NCBI RefSeq assembly: GCF_009914755.1
Contig: NC_060932.1
DNA from: the human T2T-CHM13v2.0 reference genome, Homo sapiens
Length of the DNA: 64,000 bases
Direction: 5' to 3' (one strand)
Both the position numbers and the translations under genes were made by a program. The notes below the pieces were generated by a model, which worked only from the letters and a program-made list of their open reading frames with translations, did no database searches and was not told the DNA's origin. Of this stretch, positions 1 to 15,178 are shown piece by piece; position 1 is the stretch's first letter, and the number at the start of each line of letters is the position of its first letter.

Positions 1-742
1 TTTGTCAAACAGCCCAGTTAGAACAATGAGATGTCCTAGAAACTGAGACTGCATTCTTACTTATGTAATTAAATGAAGCCAACATTGAACTGTAAAATAA
101 GCGTAAGGAAGCCCAGCAAAAATCTAATGAGTATTTTAATAATTTTCTAAAATGCCAGATGTCCGGTTCTTCACCAACAAATGATTTTGGGGACCCTTCC
201 TTTACTGTTGCTCTGGATATATTCTCAATCTGCTCAGACAGTCCAGTATTGGATATAACAGCAAGTGTAAGATACAACATCGCAAAAGTGAGGCATAATT
301 ACTATTTTATAACAATTATACAATAAATAATTACTTATTACAGCATTATTTGTATTCGAAAAACTTAGTTGATAAGACCAAGTAACACAGAGATGGGATT
401 GAGAGGTAACCACATGTACATGAGATAAGGAGATCCCAGACTGGTATTCCATTGTAGTACCTAGAATCCAGGGGATTCTGAGATACTTTTGGTTGCACTA
501 TTCTTCATTTCCTTGTAGAAGCTTCCCTTTCCCACTCCACTGCTGCCCAGCAACCAACACTCTATAAATATCCAGTTGACAGTTTGCTCCCAGAACATAT
601 TCTCAGATCACTTTGAAAATGCGAACATTACAAAACTGAAAACTAGAATTCATAACCAGCCTATTTCCATAATATAAAAGGTAGTACGACATAAGGAAAA
701 GAGCATATATAGACTAAATATATTAAATTCCTTTTCTGTTTT

Positions 743-1103
743 TGGTATGATTTGGCTGTGTCCCTACCCAATCTCATCTTGAATTGTAGCTCCCATAATC
801 CCCATGTTTTGTGGGAGGGACCTGTTGGGAGGTAATTGAATCATGGGGGTGGGTCTTTCCTGTGCTGTTCTCTTGATGGTGAATAAGTCTCACAAGATCT
901 GATTGTTTTATAAAGGGGAGTTCCCCTCCACAAGCTCTCTTGCCTGCTGCCATGTAAGATGTGCCTTTGCTCCTTCTTCACCTTCCACCATCATTGTGTG
1001 GCCTCCCCAGCCATGTGGAACTGTGAGTGCATTAAGCCTCCTTTTCTTTATAAATTGCCCAGTCTCAGGTATTTTTTCATAGCAGTATGAAAGTGGACTT
1101 ACA
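743..1103 (+). mobile_element. THE1B-like solo LTR (ERVL-MaLR)
   Basis: Begins tg(g)tatgatttggctgtgtccctacccaatctcatcttgaattgtagctccc and ends ...gtggacttaca; 361 bp; perfect 5-bp TSD gtttt at 738-742 and 1104-1108. Confidence 0.93.
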
Positions 1104-1796
1104 GTTTTTAAAATCAGCAGTTTAAAAAAATCTGTATAAATTCTTTCTTCCTAATTTTCATGTGAAAATGTCCCTCCCCCAACTTCTCTAGTAGAACATT
1201 CAATTAATTTATTTTCATCATTTCAAAACTACAAAAATGATTATTTAAAGCTAAGAATTTAAAATTTCAACACAATTTGGCCACATCACATAAATTTGAT
1301 ATCAAAGATTTGCTTTGTTATTCACTCTAATTCACATTTTGTTTTTTCTTTGATCTGAGAGATATTTAGGAGTTCTTAGTTTTTAATGATGAGTGATTTG
1401 GGATTTTTAAATATGAACTTTAAAAATTATTTTATAGAATGGTATCATTACTGGAGAATATCACCTGTAGTAGTTGTTTGTTGAATTTTTTTTCCATTAT
1501 ATGATAAAATTTTATAGTGTTACATAAGCACTGCTAAAGATGTTTTACATTAATAGGAAGAATTTGGTATTGATACATAGGAATTCCATTTTTTGCCTTG
1601 ACATTTTCTTAGTCTAACATTAAAGCTATGACTACTGCTTAAGATTTTTTCTTCAATATGTTATTTTTCCCTTAATTTTTCTTGTTTCATTTAGTCTTGT
1701 TTAGTTTTGTCTTAGTGATGTCTTTATAATATTCCATATAACGTACTTTACTGCTCAGGCCAATCCACACGTCTCTGACTGAATTGAGGAGATTAG

Positions 1797-2116
<320 letters not shown>

Positions 2117-2726
2117 CGTTTTACCTTTATAGCTGTAGTTAAAACTTCAGTCTCACTTTTATAATCCTATCATACGAAGTTTCTCTGCTGTCTCTTCTCT
2201 TTCCTTATTGTCTTTTGTTAAATGAACTATATTTAGCTTGTTCATTTTCATGGCCACTATTTCTGAAGATAAATAAGTCGTTACTATGATGATTTCTTTG
2301 AAGTTTTTCAAAAACATTTTCCAAATCTATGTTTGGAAATGAATAGGGCTTATGTTGATGTACCCCTGACGCAAGAGTTTGGCAACATTTTAACGTACTT
2401 TACTTTTCCCCTTTCACCTTTGTGGTTTTTGCTAATATAATTTTGTTATTATAATGTGATGTAATCTATTAATAAAACTACAGCTATTTTAACAGTTTCA
2501 AATTAATAAATTCTACAATACATATCCACTGTTTCAAGAAACACTTTAATGCCTGTGTTCCTTTTGAGCCAGACTTGTAGTTTTAAGACAATTCTGTTTT
2601 ACTAATTGTAGGACTGTCATTCCTTCTACATTATAGTTTTCCCATTCTTGAGCGCTAACTTTTGTTCAGCATAATAAAGTTGTCTTCAAGTAATTCTTCT
2701 GTTCGATGTATATTGGGGTGTTATAT

Positions 2727-3028
2727 TTTGTTTTTCTTTTTTAATTTTTAATTTTTATGGATATATAATAGTTGTACATTGTTATGGGGTACATGTAATA
2801 TTTGGATACAGTTTTACAATGTGTGATAATTCAATCTGAGTAGTTGAAATATTCATTACCTGAAAGATTTATCATTTGTTTGTGTTGGGAACATTCCGGA
2901 TCTACTCTTCTAGTTAGTTTGAAATATGTAATAAATTATTGTCAACTCTATTGCTTTATGGTGCTACTGGACACTAAATTTTATTCCTTCTATCACACTA
3001 TATGATTGTATCCGTTGACCAACCCATC
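2727..3028 (-). mobile_element. L1MA-type 3' end fragment
   Basis: Antisense L1MA 3'UTR motifs (atggggtacatgtaatatttggataca; tgtgttgggaacattc; tttgaaatatgtaataaattattg). Confidence 0.8.
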
Positions 3029-3870
3029 TTTTCTGGGTTCTTGCATATCTGCCAAGAACATTTTAACGAATATAAAATTGTTGCTTAATACATGTTTTCC
3101 CTTACCATAAAGTTGCTCTGTTATCTCGTGGGTTTCAGTGTTACAGAGGAGACTCCTGAGGCCAGTGCAATTTGGATCTTCTGGAAGTGTACAAATTAAA
3201 GTTATTTTGATTGTAAGAGAAAGAGAATGACTGTGACTAACTTAAGAAAACAAGACATTTGTTGAAAGGATCACTTTATAAATGGAGGAATAGCTAAAAT
3301 TCAAACATTGGGAAGGTGAGAAAGTTCAAAATAATTACCATAAATGTTGTATGGTTTCTATCCAGTCTTTCTATCCAGGTTTCTCATTCCTGAAAAAGAT
3401 AATCAGGCATTTCCAGCTTGGGCCAAGTATCTACCACAATATAAAAGAGCTTTGGGCAGAATGTTGAGCTCCGACAGGCAGGAAACCCACCTACGTGTAC
3501 TGAAGACCACCTAAGCCAGTTTGACTGATGCCCCATTAAAAGCAACCTGATTTTTTTTCTGGATGAAATTTTACAGGATTTTTATTCCTGTTATTTTTTT
3601 AAATGCCAAAATAGGTTTACAAGCCCAGGTTTTTCCTTAGTTCAGAAAGAATTTCTTCTGGCACAATAGGTTTATTGTTTCTATTTATTTTGTTCTGATC
3701 TCTTCTTCCAAAATCGCAGTAATCCAGACATTCTATACTTGTCCTTTGCCTTCCATGTTGGCGACCATTTTTATGTCTTTTTCTTTTGTATTCTGAGAGA
3801 GACTTTCACTTGTTTTCTACACTAATCGATTTTCTGCAGTATCAGTTTCTGTTTTTAAGGCCCCAGAGCG

Positions 3871-4600
3871 TTTTTAAATAAACTATTCTTTTGGAATAAT
3901 TTTACATTTACAGAAAAGTTGCAAAGACAGTACATAACGTTCCCTCCACCCTCACTCAGTTCCCCATAGGTCAACATTTTACATTACCTTGGCTCATTTT
4001 TCACTGTTTGAGACCAACATTGGGACATGTTTTAGTTTCTTATTACTGCTGTAACAAATACAACAGAGGTCAAAGTTCTAATGTCCAGGCATGACCCTTC
4101 AGAGGCTTTAGGGGAGAAGGGGCTTCCTTGTCTTTTCTGGTTTCCGTGGACTGCCTGTGCTCCTTGTCTCGAGGCCTCTTTTTCAGAGCACGTCACTCCA
4201 ACCTCTGTTTCCAGAGGTTGTCTTATCTCCTTCTTCTATTGACCTTCTCACTTTCCTCTTAAAAGGACCTTTTATGATTTTACAGGGCCCATCCAGATAA
4301 TCCAGGTTAGCTCTTTATCTCAAGCTCCTTAATTTAGCCATATCTACAAAGTTCTTTTTGCCAAGACAGGTCACAGATTCCAGGAATTTGGAGATAGGTA
4401 TCTTGGAGCTAGGAGGACTTTATTCTGCCTGCCACTGTATATGACATTATTATCAACCAAACTCCAGTTATTCGAATTTATCTTTCCTACAGATTTCTTT
4501 ATTTTTTTCTGTTCCAGGATCGCATCCAGGATTCCACAATGCGTTTCGCCACCATGTATCTCCTTAAGTTTCCTCTGTTGCGTGACAGTTTTGCAATCCC
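3871..4600 (-). mobile_element. L1MC4/5-like 3' end, split by an MLT1 LTR
   Basis: tttacagaaaagttgcaaagacagtac ... ttctgttccaggatcgcatccaggattccaca motifs on both sides of the LTR. Confidence 0.75.
4028..4436 (-). mobile_element. MLT1 (B/C/D-type) solo LTR
   Basis: tgttttagtttcttattactgctgtaacaaa ... gggccccatccagataatccagg ... ttattctgcctgccac. Confidence 0.8.
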
Positions 4601-5529
4601 AAAGAAAAATTTTAATTTTGCTTTCTTATTTTTAACTTTTCTTGTAATTCTTCTCTATATTATCTATTTCTGTTTTCAATTCATCCCACTATACATTGTC
4701 CCATTTTGATTCTTCTGCCTGTATTTCTTTTACTTCTTTTATTATTTGTCCTGGCTTTTTTGGAAACCAGTTCTTCTGTATTCTTTTGAAAATGTCAAAC
4801 AGTTTTTTCATCTCACAGTAGATGTTTATGGAGTACTGCTCTTCCTCTGAGTCATCAAGACACGTTGCTTTGACTTTGTTCTCAGTGTAACTTCCAAATG
4901 TGCCGCACATTATCTATATTCGGAGTTTGCCAACACCCAGGATATGTGGATCACACTCCTCCCCAGTGCACAGCCATGCTGCTGATGGAAGAATCACTTT
5001 CCCAATCAAGAGTTAGAAGACACAGGTCTTTGAGATATGAGAAAGATGACAGGGAAATAAGAAAATGTTTTTCTATCCAATTCCAGGTGTTTTTATGAAA
5101 TGAAGTCTGGGCAAGTTTTTCTTGTTATAAACTCATCTGCTTTGTTATTAGAGAAGGATTCCCCATGTTTCTGTCAATACAGTTTTTTTAGGCTGTTTTT
5201 ATTGTTGTTAGGAGTAGCCTTTTTTTTTTTTTTTTGGTCATAGGGTACACAAACCTGGAACTCATGGATGAAGGTACACATTTGAAAGTTATCACACATG
5301 AAGATGAGGTTTCAAGCTACAGGACTGGCTGATATTACTCAGGGATAAAATATAGTTAGACGGCTGACAGAAGCTCACATCGAGCTCCACGTTCCTCCCT
5401 ATGTTCACAGCTACATTAGCTCTGTTTGGGAGAGTTCATACCTGAAAGCAGTGCATCTGAGAAAGTCCTCAGTTATCTGGCCAAGTATTAGCTCAGTACG
5501 GGCCTCATGAATGCTGAGGCAACATTCTA

Positions 5530-5670
5530 CAGTGAAAATGAATAGGGAAGAATTTTATAGTCAGATAGAATTGAGTTCAAGTATGGGCCCAGCCACATGT
5601 AGATGTAAAACCTGGGAGATGACACTTACTTACCTGGGGCTCTGATTCTGCATCTGTAAGATGGCTTTAC
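5530..5670 (+). mobile_element. MIR fragment
   Basis: MIR core gagttcaag...cccagccac...tctgcatctgtaagatgg. Confidence 0.6.
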
Positions 5671-6181
5671 TGAAAGAACCTATTCTTATTTCACTGATGT
5701 ATAATTGAAAATCAATAACCTGCACTTTTTAAAAGTGTTTTTTTGATACGTTTTAAAGTACATATGCACCCGTGAAACTATCACTGTAATTAAGATAATG
5801 AGTATATCAATTATCCCCTCCTTTGTCATCCCTTCCTCACACCCCTCCCCACCTCCACCTTTTCCCCAGGCACCTCTTAATCTGTTTTCTGTAGATTCAT
5901 TTGCATTTTCTACAGTTTTATATAAGTGGAGTTATGTAATATGTGCTCTTTTTTTTCTGGCTTTTTCACTCAACAAAATTATTTTGAGATTTATCCATAT
6001 TGCATATATCAATAGTTCTTTCCTTTTAACCACTGCAGTCCAATTTATATATTTTTTTCTTTTATGGATAATGCTTTTGCTGTTGTATCTAAAAAATATT
6101 TGACTAATCCAAGATTATAAAGATTTTCTCTTATATTTTCTTCTGGAAGTTTTATGATTTTTATATTTTACATTTAGGTCT

Positions 6182-6540
6182 TGTCTTCGTCCATTTGTGT
6201 TGCTATAACAAAATACCTTAGACTGGGCAGTTTATAAAGAATAAAATTTATTTCTTACAGTTGTGGGGATTGGCAAGTCCAAGATCAAGGCAACGGAATT
6301 GGTGACTGGTGATAGGTGCTCTCTGTTTCCAACATGGTGCCTTGTTGCTGTATGCTTACATGGTGGAAGGTGGAGGGGCAGGAGAGATGCTCCCTTCAAC
6401 CTTGAGCCCTTTTACAGGGTGTTAATCTCATTCATGAGTGGTCCACATTAGTCATCTCTCAAAAGCTACACCTCTAATACTGTTGCATTGAAATAAAATT
6501 TCAACATGAATTTTGGAGGAACATCATTCAAACCACAGAG
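6182..6540 (-). mobile_element. MLT1A/MSTD-like solo LTR inserted in L1
   Basis: tgtcttcgtccatttgtgttgctataacaaaatacc ... tttcaacatgaattttggagg..attcaaaccac; near-TSD ggtct/tgtct. Confidence 0.85.
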
Positions 6541-8805
6541 TGTCTCACCCCACAAATTATATACTGTGCTTTTGTTTTCATTCAATTAAAAATAATTTTT
6601 AATTTGCCTTTTGATTTCTTCTTTTATCCAAGGATCATTTGGAAGTGTGTAAGTTAGCAAATAAGTATTTTACTAAATTTTTTTCCAGATACTTTTCTAT
6701 AAATGACTTTAAATTTAATTTTATTGTGGTCAGAAATCCTACTTTGTACGACTTAAATCTTTTCAGGTTTATTGAGACGTCTTTTATGGCCCAGAATGTG
6801 GTCTGTGTTCCATGTGCACTTGAGGAGAATTTGTGCATTGCTGTTGAATGTTGTTGGCTGGAACGTTCTGTGAATGGAAATTAGATCAAGTTGGTTAATG
6901 GTATTATTTATTATTCAAGCCATTTGTATCCTTAGTGATTTTCTTTCTACTTGTTTGGCCAATTATTAAGAGTAGTATATTGAAATCTCCAGCTATAATT
7001 TGCATTTATTTCTCAGTTTTTGCTTCATGTATCTTGAAGCTTTGTTATTAGATGTACAAACATTTAGAATTGTTGCATCCACTTGATGAATTGACCCCTT
7101 TAGCAGGTTGAAATAATCTTGCTTTGAAATCTATGTTGTCTGATAATAATATAGTCAATTCAGTTTCTTTCTCTTCTTTTTCCAATTAGTATTAGGTTGC
7201 TATATTTTTCCATCATTACCCTTGTAATAAATTTGTGTATTTATGTATCAAATTGCCTTCTTGTAGGCAACATATAGTTGTGTTTTGCTTTTCCTAAATC
7301 AAACTTCTGCCTCTTAATTGGGGTGTATAGAGGATTTAGATTTAATGTGGTTGTTGATATGATTGAGTTCTAATCTGTCAAAACACTAATTGCTTTCTGT
7401 TTGTTCTTTGTTTCCAGTTTCCTTTCATCCTGTCTTCCCTTGGACTGTTTTTTATAATTTCATTTGATCTCCTCCATTGGCTTGTTATTCCTCTTTTTAA
7501 TGTTATTTGATTGCTCTAGGGTTTGTAATGTAAATCATTAACTATCGCAATCTTCAAGTAGTAGTATTACACCACTTCATATATAGTATAAGAACCGTTC
7601 AACAGCATCCTTCCATTTCCCCTTTTTAGTCTTTGTAGCATTGTTTTCATACATTTTACTTTTACATATGTTATAAAACTTATAATACATTGTTATTAGT
7701 TTTGAACAATTGATTATTGCTTAAGGAGATTTAAATTAGAAAAAAATATACTAGCCATTTCTAATGCTTTTAATTCCTTTGTATGGATATATTTTTCTAT
7801 CTGAAATTGTTTCCTTCTGCTGGAAGGACTTTCTTTAACATTTCTTGTAATGCAGGTCTGTTGTTAATGAATTCTTTCAGCTTCCGTATGTTTGAAAAAT
7901 ACTTTATTTTGCCTTCACCATATGAAAGATATTTTTGTTGACTACAGATTTTTAGGTTGCTAGCTTTTTTGTGCCCCCGGCCGCCTACTCCCTTACCCCC
8001 AACTCCCCCTACCCCACCCACCTCTGAACTCTAAAGATTTTGCTTCATTGTCTTCTGGTTTGCATTGTTTCCACTGAGAAATCTGCTGTCATCTTTCTAT
8101 TTGTTCTTTTGTATGTCTCAAGTTGTTTTACTCTGGCTCATTTAAGACTTTATCGGTGGTTCTAAGCAATTTGATTCTGATACACCTTGGTGTAACTTTC
8201 TTCATGTTTAATATATTTGGATTTTGTTGAGCTTCTTTTCATTAAATTCAGGAAAATTTTGGACATTATTTTTTCAAATATTTTTTTCTCTCCCTCTTTT
8301 CCTTTCTGGAACCTCTTGGCTACTTAAAGTTTCCTCATGCCTCACTGATGCTCTGTTCATTCTTTATTTCATCTCTTTTCCCCTTTGTGTGTTAAATTTG
8401 GCATAGTTTTGTTGCTTTGCATTAAAGTTCATTAGTCTCTTCTTCTACAATATCTAATCTGCCGTAAATCCCATCCACTGTTTTTTGTTTGCTTGGTTTT
8501 GTTTTTTTTTGTGTTTTATTTTTGGAGGCATTGTAGTTTTTAATCTATAGAATTTCTATTTAGGCCTATCTTGTATCTTTCATGTCTCTACTTAATATGT
8601 TCAATTTTCCTCTAGATTCCTGAACATATTAATACAGTTATAATACCTGTTTTAATGCAATTGCCTACTAATTATATCATTTATATGATTTGTGTCTTTT
8701 CTGGTTTTGTTTCAATTGCTTGCTTTCTATCCCCATTATAGGTTGTACTTTTTTGCTTTTTACATACTTGATATAATCTTGTGTGTATGTGTATGTATAT
8801 GTATC

Positions 8806-9113
8806 TTTTTTTGTTTTGTTTTTTAGCCAAGGTCTCATTCTATCACCCAGGCTTAAGTGCAGTGGTGTGATTTCAGCTCACTGCAGCTTTGCAACATCCG
8901 CCTCCCAGGTTCAAGCCATTCCCATGCCTCAGCCTCCTGAGTAGCTGGGACTAGCGGTGTGTGCCACCAAGCCTGGCTAATTTTTGTAATTTTAGTACAG
9001 ACGAGGTTTCACCATGTTGGACAGGCTGGTCTCGAACTGCTGGCCCCAAGCGATCCACCTGCCTGGGTCTCCCAAAGTGCTGGGATTACAGGCATAAGCT
9101 ACCATGCCTGGGC
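8806..9113 (-). mobile_element. Alu (older, Sz/J-like)
   Basis: Antisense Alu dimer ending ...cccaaagtgctgggattacaggcataagctaccatgcctgggc. Confidence 0.93.
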
Positions 9114-9984
9114 TGTCTGAATATATTTTTTATTCCTAAAATATTCCTAAGTTTTGTTCTGAGACACAGTTAAGTTACACAGAAACCATTTGATCTTTTC
9201 AAAACATGAATACATTTAGTCTAGGGCTAGTTTTTTCCCACTACCGAGGTAATCCCTTCTTAGTAGTCTACTCAGTACTTGGTGAATTTTGAATTTTTCC
9301 ATTCTCAGACACTTTCTGGCCCTGTGCGATGGCTGAGAATTGTTCCTTCTAATTTTCTCAGGTGGTTCTTTTGCCAGCCTAGAGTATCTTCTTTAAATGC
9401 CTGTGCAAATGAGACTTTAGTTGAAGGCTCAACAGGAGTCTTCTACAGGTCTCAAGTTCTAAGTATGGCTCTCTCTTCTCCTGATCTCTGCCTTGTAAAC
9501 TTTAGCCACCTGATCCTTGCCTGATTCCCAGTTCTGCTTCCTCAACGCAGTTAAACCATTAAGCTTTGCCTGGGCTCCACCTCTCCATGCCTTGCCTTGA
9601 AAACTCTCTAGGCAGTAAGTCAGAACAATCATATGGCTCTGTTTGTTTTCCTCCTGCCTCTAAGGGAGCACTGCCTTTTATTGCTTGGTGTCCAATATTT
9701 AGTCCTGTTGTCTTTTCATATATTCAGTCCAGCTTTTTAGTTATTTTAGGTGGGATAATAAATCTGATTTGTGTTATTCTATCTTAGCCAAAAGAGAATG
9801 TCTTCAAAATAATTTTTGTAAGAACTGAATGATATAGGACAAGAGAAGACCTTAGTTTAATATCTGACACAAAGTAAGAAATCTGCAAATATTAATTTTT
9901 AGCCAACTTAATCAGAATTTGTATGCAAGTATGGCTTTCAGATCAAGGCCAAAAATATTTTTCCTCTATTTTGTTCGGCAAGAT

Positions 9985-10275
9985 CCCTGCAGGAATACTA
10001 GATTCACTCCCTGTTACCATAATTTTAAATAGGTCCTGACAATTTGGAGAATATCCAAAGGAAAACCTCAATAACAGTGAAATTTCTAGAAACAATGGCC
10101 TAAGTGAACAGTTAAAAAAAAAATGGCAGATATCCAGCTGAAAGAAGATAAATCAGCCATCTTCTGGTAACCAAAGGGCCCCTGCGTGAAAGATGATGTA
10201 GATGATGTCTTTAGTGGGAAGGATCAGGATCAGTTGATGGAAAGTAGAGATAGTCTGATTTGGGGTCAATATTAA
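9985..10275 (+). mobile_element. L3/CR1 ORF2 fragment
   Basis: CR1-like motifs gacaatttggagaatatccaaagga; ctagaaacaatggcctaagtgaacagttaaa; gatttggggtcaata. Confidence 0.6.
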
Positions 10276-11019
10276 TGCAGCCACTTTCCTGAATAGTCAA
10301 AATAAGGTACAAATACTGAACAATACTTTTTCTCTTTTTTTCTGATGAATGCCTTCAGTCATCGTTTAACAGATCAATTTCTTTTCCAAATCTCAATGAC
10401 ATACGCTGTTGTTTTCACTCAATGAAATTCACGTGAAATGTAAACCTCATTATGTTTCAGGTTTGGCTCAAGTGATATTCAGTGGCCAGGGGATAGTTTG
10501 TTCTTTTATTCCTCTCTCTCCTTCTCCGGGTTGTTGTTTTGTTGTTGGAGCCTGGCAGAAGGTGACAGGATATATTGGAAGGGGTGATCTTAACTACATG
10601 CCCCTCCCTAGTTTGTCTCATTCTTCTGCTGCTTGTGGCATACATGATGTGGTGGTCTCTGTGTAGATCACGTGCCTAGATATCTTCGGTTCTACCTTGC
10701 CCTCCTCAGTAACTGTGGATCCCTTAGGAGCAGTCAAGTTTCCTGGGAGCATCAGATCATGCCCCAAATCTCCCTCTTGTTAAAGTGCATCTGCTTCCTT
10801 TTCTACCTGAGTGCTTTTTCATATGGAGGCTCTGAAACTGCTGAGTTGCTCCTGGGGTAGCCATTGCCTTACCTTTTTCTTTAGAGACTCCACTGGTGGT
10901 CCCTACTCAGCCTCCTGTGTTAGACTACTTCAGTAAGCTATTTGCCTTCAAAAATGCCCAGGAAATAATCTGACACCATCCTTATATTCACATACATCTG
11001 AAACTTTAAAGTGCTCATG

Positions 11020-12368
<1,349 letters not shown>

Positions 12369-12369
12369 G

Positions 12370-12575
12370 ATGCTGAGGGAGGGGGAATGGGGTATTAGTA
12401 TTTAATAGGAACACAGTTTCACTTGGGAAAAATGGAAAATTTCTGGATCTGGATGGTGATGCTAGTCGCACAGCAATGTGAATGTACTTAATGCCACAGA
12501 CCTGTGCACTTAAATATAGTTAAAATGGCAAATATTGTATGTATATAAGAATTACAATAAGAAAAATTTTAAAAA
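12370..12575 (+). mobile_element. Second L1MB (MB3-like) 3' end
   Basis: gatggtgatgctagtcgcacagcaatgtgaatgtacttaatgccac..acttaaa..gttaaaatggcaaat. Confidence 0.8.
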
Positions 12576-12875
<300 letters not shown>

Positions 12876-13289
12876 GAAAACTTTCATCACCCTTGGTATG
12901 CATTCAGTTTGGGAATAAGAGCTTGGTGTCCATTATTCCAGGCATCCCAATGGCTACACTGAATCTCTTGGGGACTCCTTACTTTGGTAGGTAGCTGAAA
13001 ATGAGTTCAAGAGCACACAATGTAGATAATGTTACCTTCAACTTCCTTCTCTGGCCTCTGCTTCTATAGATTGGGAAGGGGTTGTGGGGAGGAATGTGGA
13101 ATTTGTGACCATGGAGGGCAGGTGCGAGGCTGCTTCTGCCACTGCTTCATGACTAACTCAGAGGGTAGTCGCTGGCCCCATTGTTGGAGGTTCCTTTCAT
13201 TACATTCAAAGCAGACTCCTCTTTTCTTACTTTAGTTTTGGGCTCTGGTCAGCAATTCTCAGGTGACATCCTATTACACAGGAATAGAA

Positions 13290-13460
13290 TGTACATAGGA
13301 AGATGTTTGTAATAGTTAGGGAGTCTCTAGATAGATAGAGCTGCTCTGAAAAGTAATGAGCATCCGATTATTGATTTTAGGGTATGGTGAAGAGTATTCC
13401 TGCTTGTGAAGAATACAAAAAGTAGCACCTTCAGAATCTTTCCCTAGTCTATGAATTCTA
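13290..13460 (+). mobile_element. L3/CR1 (or MIR3) 3' end fragment
   Basis: gagctgctctgaaaagtaatgagc ... tctttccctagtctatgaattcta resembles the CR1 3' terminus. Confidence 0.45.
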
Positions 13461-13539
13461 GAGGCAAATTGATTTTTGTTTTACTCTTGTCTGAGGGTGA
13501 AGTTAGGAAAAAAACAATCATTTAATTCTGAGTACTCTC

Positions 13540-14020
13540 CTATATTTAGTGACCTCCTAAGTACTTATTGGTCACCCACTCTGTGCCAGGCACTATGTTA
13601 AAACAGTGGGATACAGTAATGGAACACAAAGGTGAAAGTCAGTTTCAATGAAAAGATAGAGATGTGCTTCCAACCCAACTGGACAGACATCTGTCTGTAT
13701 TCTTATTTTTGCATAAATATTTATTAAGCAAAATGTTATGTTATATATGCAGCTATGTAGTATTTAAAGATTTACATACACAGTTCCTGGTCTCAAAGAT
13801 TTATGAAACAATTGGAGGCAAGACTAACCAATGAAAACGTTATATTTCATAATAAAAACTAAATAAGACTACACCATTACATGCAAATCCTCAAAGCGGT
13901 TCGTGGTTGTCACCTGTATTCTGCAGAAAATTAATTTTACAAAGCTAAACATCAATGGAACTAGAGTGGTCAGAGAAAGCTCAGTGGAGAAGATAAGACT
14001 TGAGCTTATGGAAAATCTCA
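13540..14020 (-). mobile_element. L2 fragments
   Basis: tacttattggtcacccactctgtgccaggcactatgttaaaacagtgggatacag (L2 3' end, antisense). Confidence 0.65.
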
Positions 14021-15129
14021 GAATCCCTTCTCTAGACAAGAGCCATAATTTTGAGAGTTCTTGAGTCTTTGGTAGAAACATCCTATTCTCTAGATAATGA
14101 GCTGTTGGAAAGGGGTGGCATTTTCCTTTGTGTTTGGGTAGGACGTGCCAAAGAGTTTAAAATAGGAATCTCCAAGATGGTCTGTGGGTGATGTGAACAG
14201 CAACTCAACCAGCTCTGTTATTATTAGACGCAGATCGTTTTAGGTAAGTGGAAATGGCTGTTCTATAAAAATGTAAACTCTGAGTCATTCTCTGAGCATG
14301 GTGAGCCCTGGGTGCTGAGCTTTCAAGTGGATGACCCTCCCCAATATTGAAAGTCTAGCAGTTCTCTTATTATGCTGAGGACTTTCCCCCTTCTCACATC
14401 TGTCTTGTGAGCAAAAGGGGAAAGTGGTCTTTCATTTCTGAACAGGGAAAGTGTCTGTGTAGGTCATTTCCAGGATTAGTGAAGGCAAATAAGAATCAAA
14501 TCTATACGATTGGTGACATTAAATGGACCCCCCTCCACAAAGGCACAATTATATATATTCTCCCCCTAGCGTTATCTGAGTGGCTGAGAGAAGCACCTCT
14601 ATTCCAAAATAAGAACCTACTGTACCAGTCAGATTCCACCATGTCTGATTTCTAACATCATTGAGTCATTCCTTTGGTTTTCTCTCTCCCTGGGTAATCT
14701 TTGATATACAAGCAAATAATTTATCTGAACTCGTAGTGAGAAGTCAGACCCACTTGTACTGGTTGCCTTGGGAAGGAAAGTATAGAAAGTACAGTGAAAG
14801 CAACATGGTACAGCCTGATAAAAACATTGATTCACTTAGAATACATCTATTTGTGGAACTTCATAGCAACTTTGCCAAAGAATGGGAAAATTCAATGACC
14901 AATGCAGCTCAAGGTCCCAAGACCTACTGGGACCTCCAAAGGGCACACATTGTACTTCTTTAGAACTACAGAGAAGAGTGTATGCTGATGTTCTTCCAGG
15001 AATCCTCTTCTTACCTGGGTCTTCTGAACACAGAATGGTTTCTTCTTCTTCTAGGATCTTGGGTTCTTTACTTGTGCCTTCACTTAGCATTTACTTATCT
15101 TTAACATGCAATCTAATGGAGCATGTTCA

Positions 15130-15178
15130 TGTCCATGTCTCTACTTGACCATTGTCCATGTCTCTACTTGACCACTGT
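15130..15178. repeat. 23-bp tandem duplication
   Basis: tgtccatgtctctacttgacca(t/c) x2. Confidence 0.95.

Larger units (their letters stand above)
5690..9790 (-). mobile_element. Internally deleted old L1M (L1MC/MD-like): 3'UTR, ORF2/ORF1 remnants and 5' region
   Basis: 3'UTR at 5690-6030, antisense ORF2 at 6560-7400, ORF1 C-terminal remnant (ORF 7797..8021, EGKIKYFS..LKEFINNRPALQEMLKKVL) and L1M 5' sequence to ~9790. Confidence 0.8.

Noticed and set aside
14241-14248. Consensus splice donors AG|GTAAGT (also near 49248 and 53764)
   Set aside because: Several are expected by chance and no exon chain could be built; an lncRNA exon cannot be excluded without transcript data.
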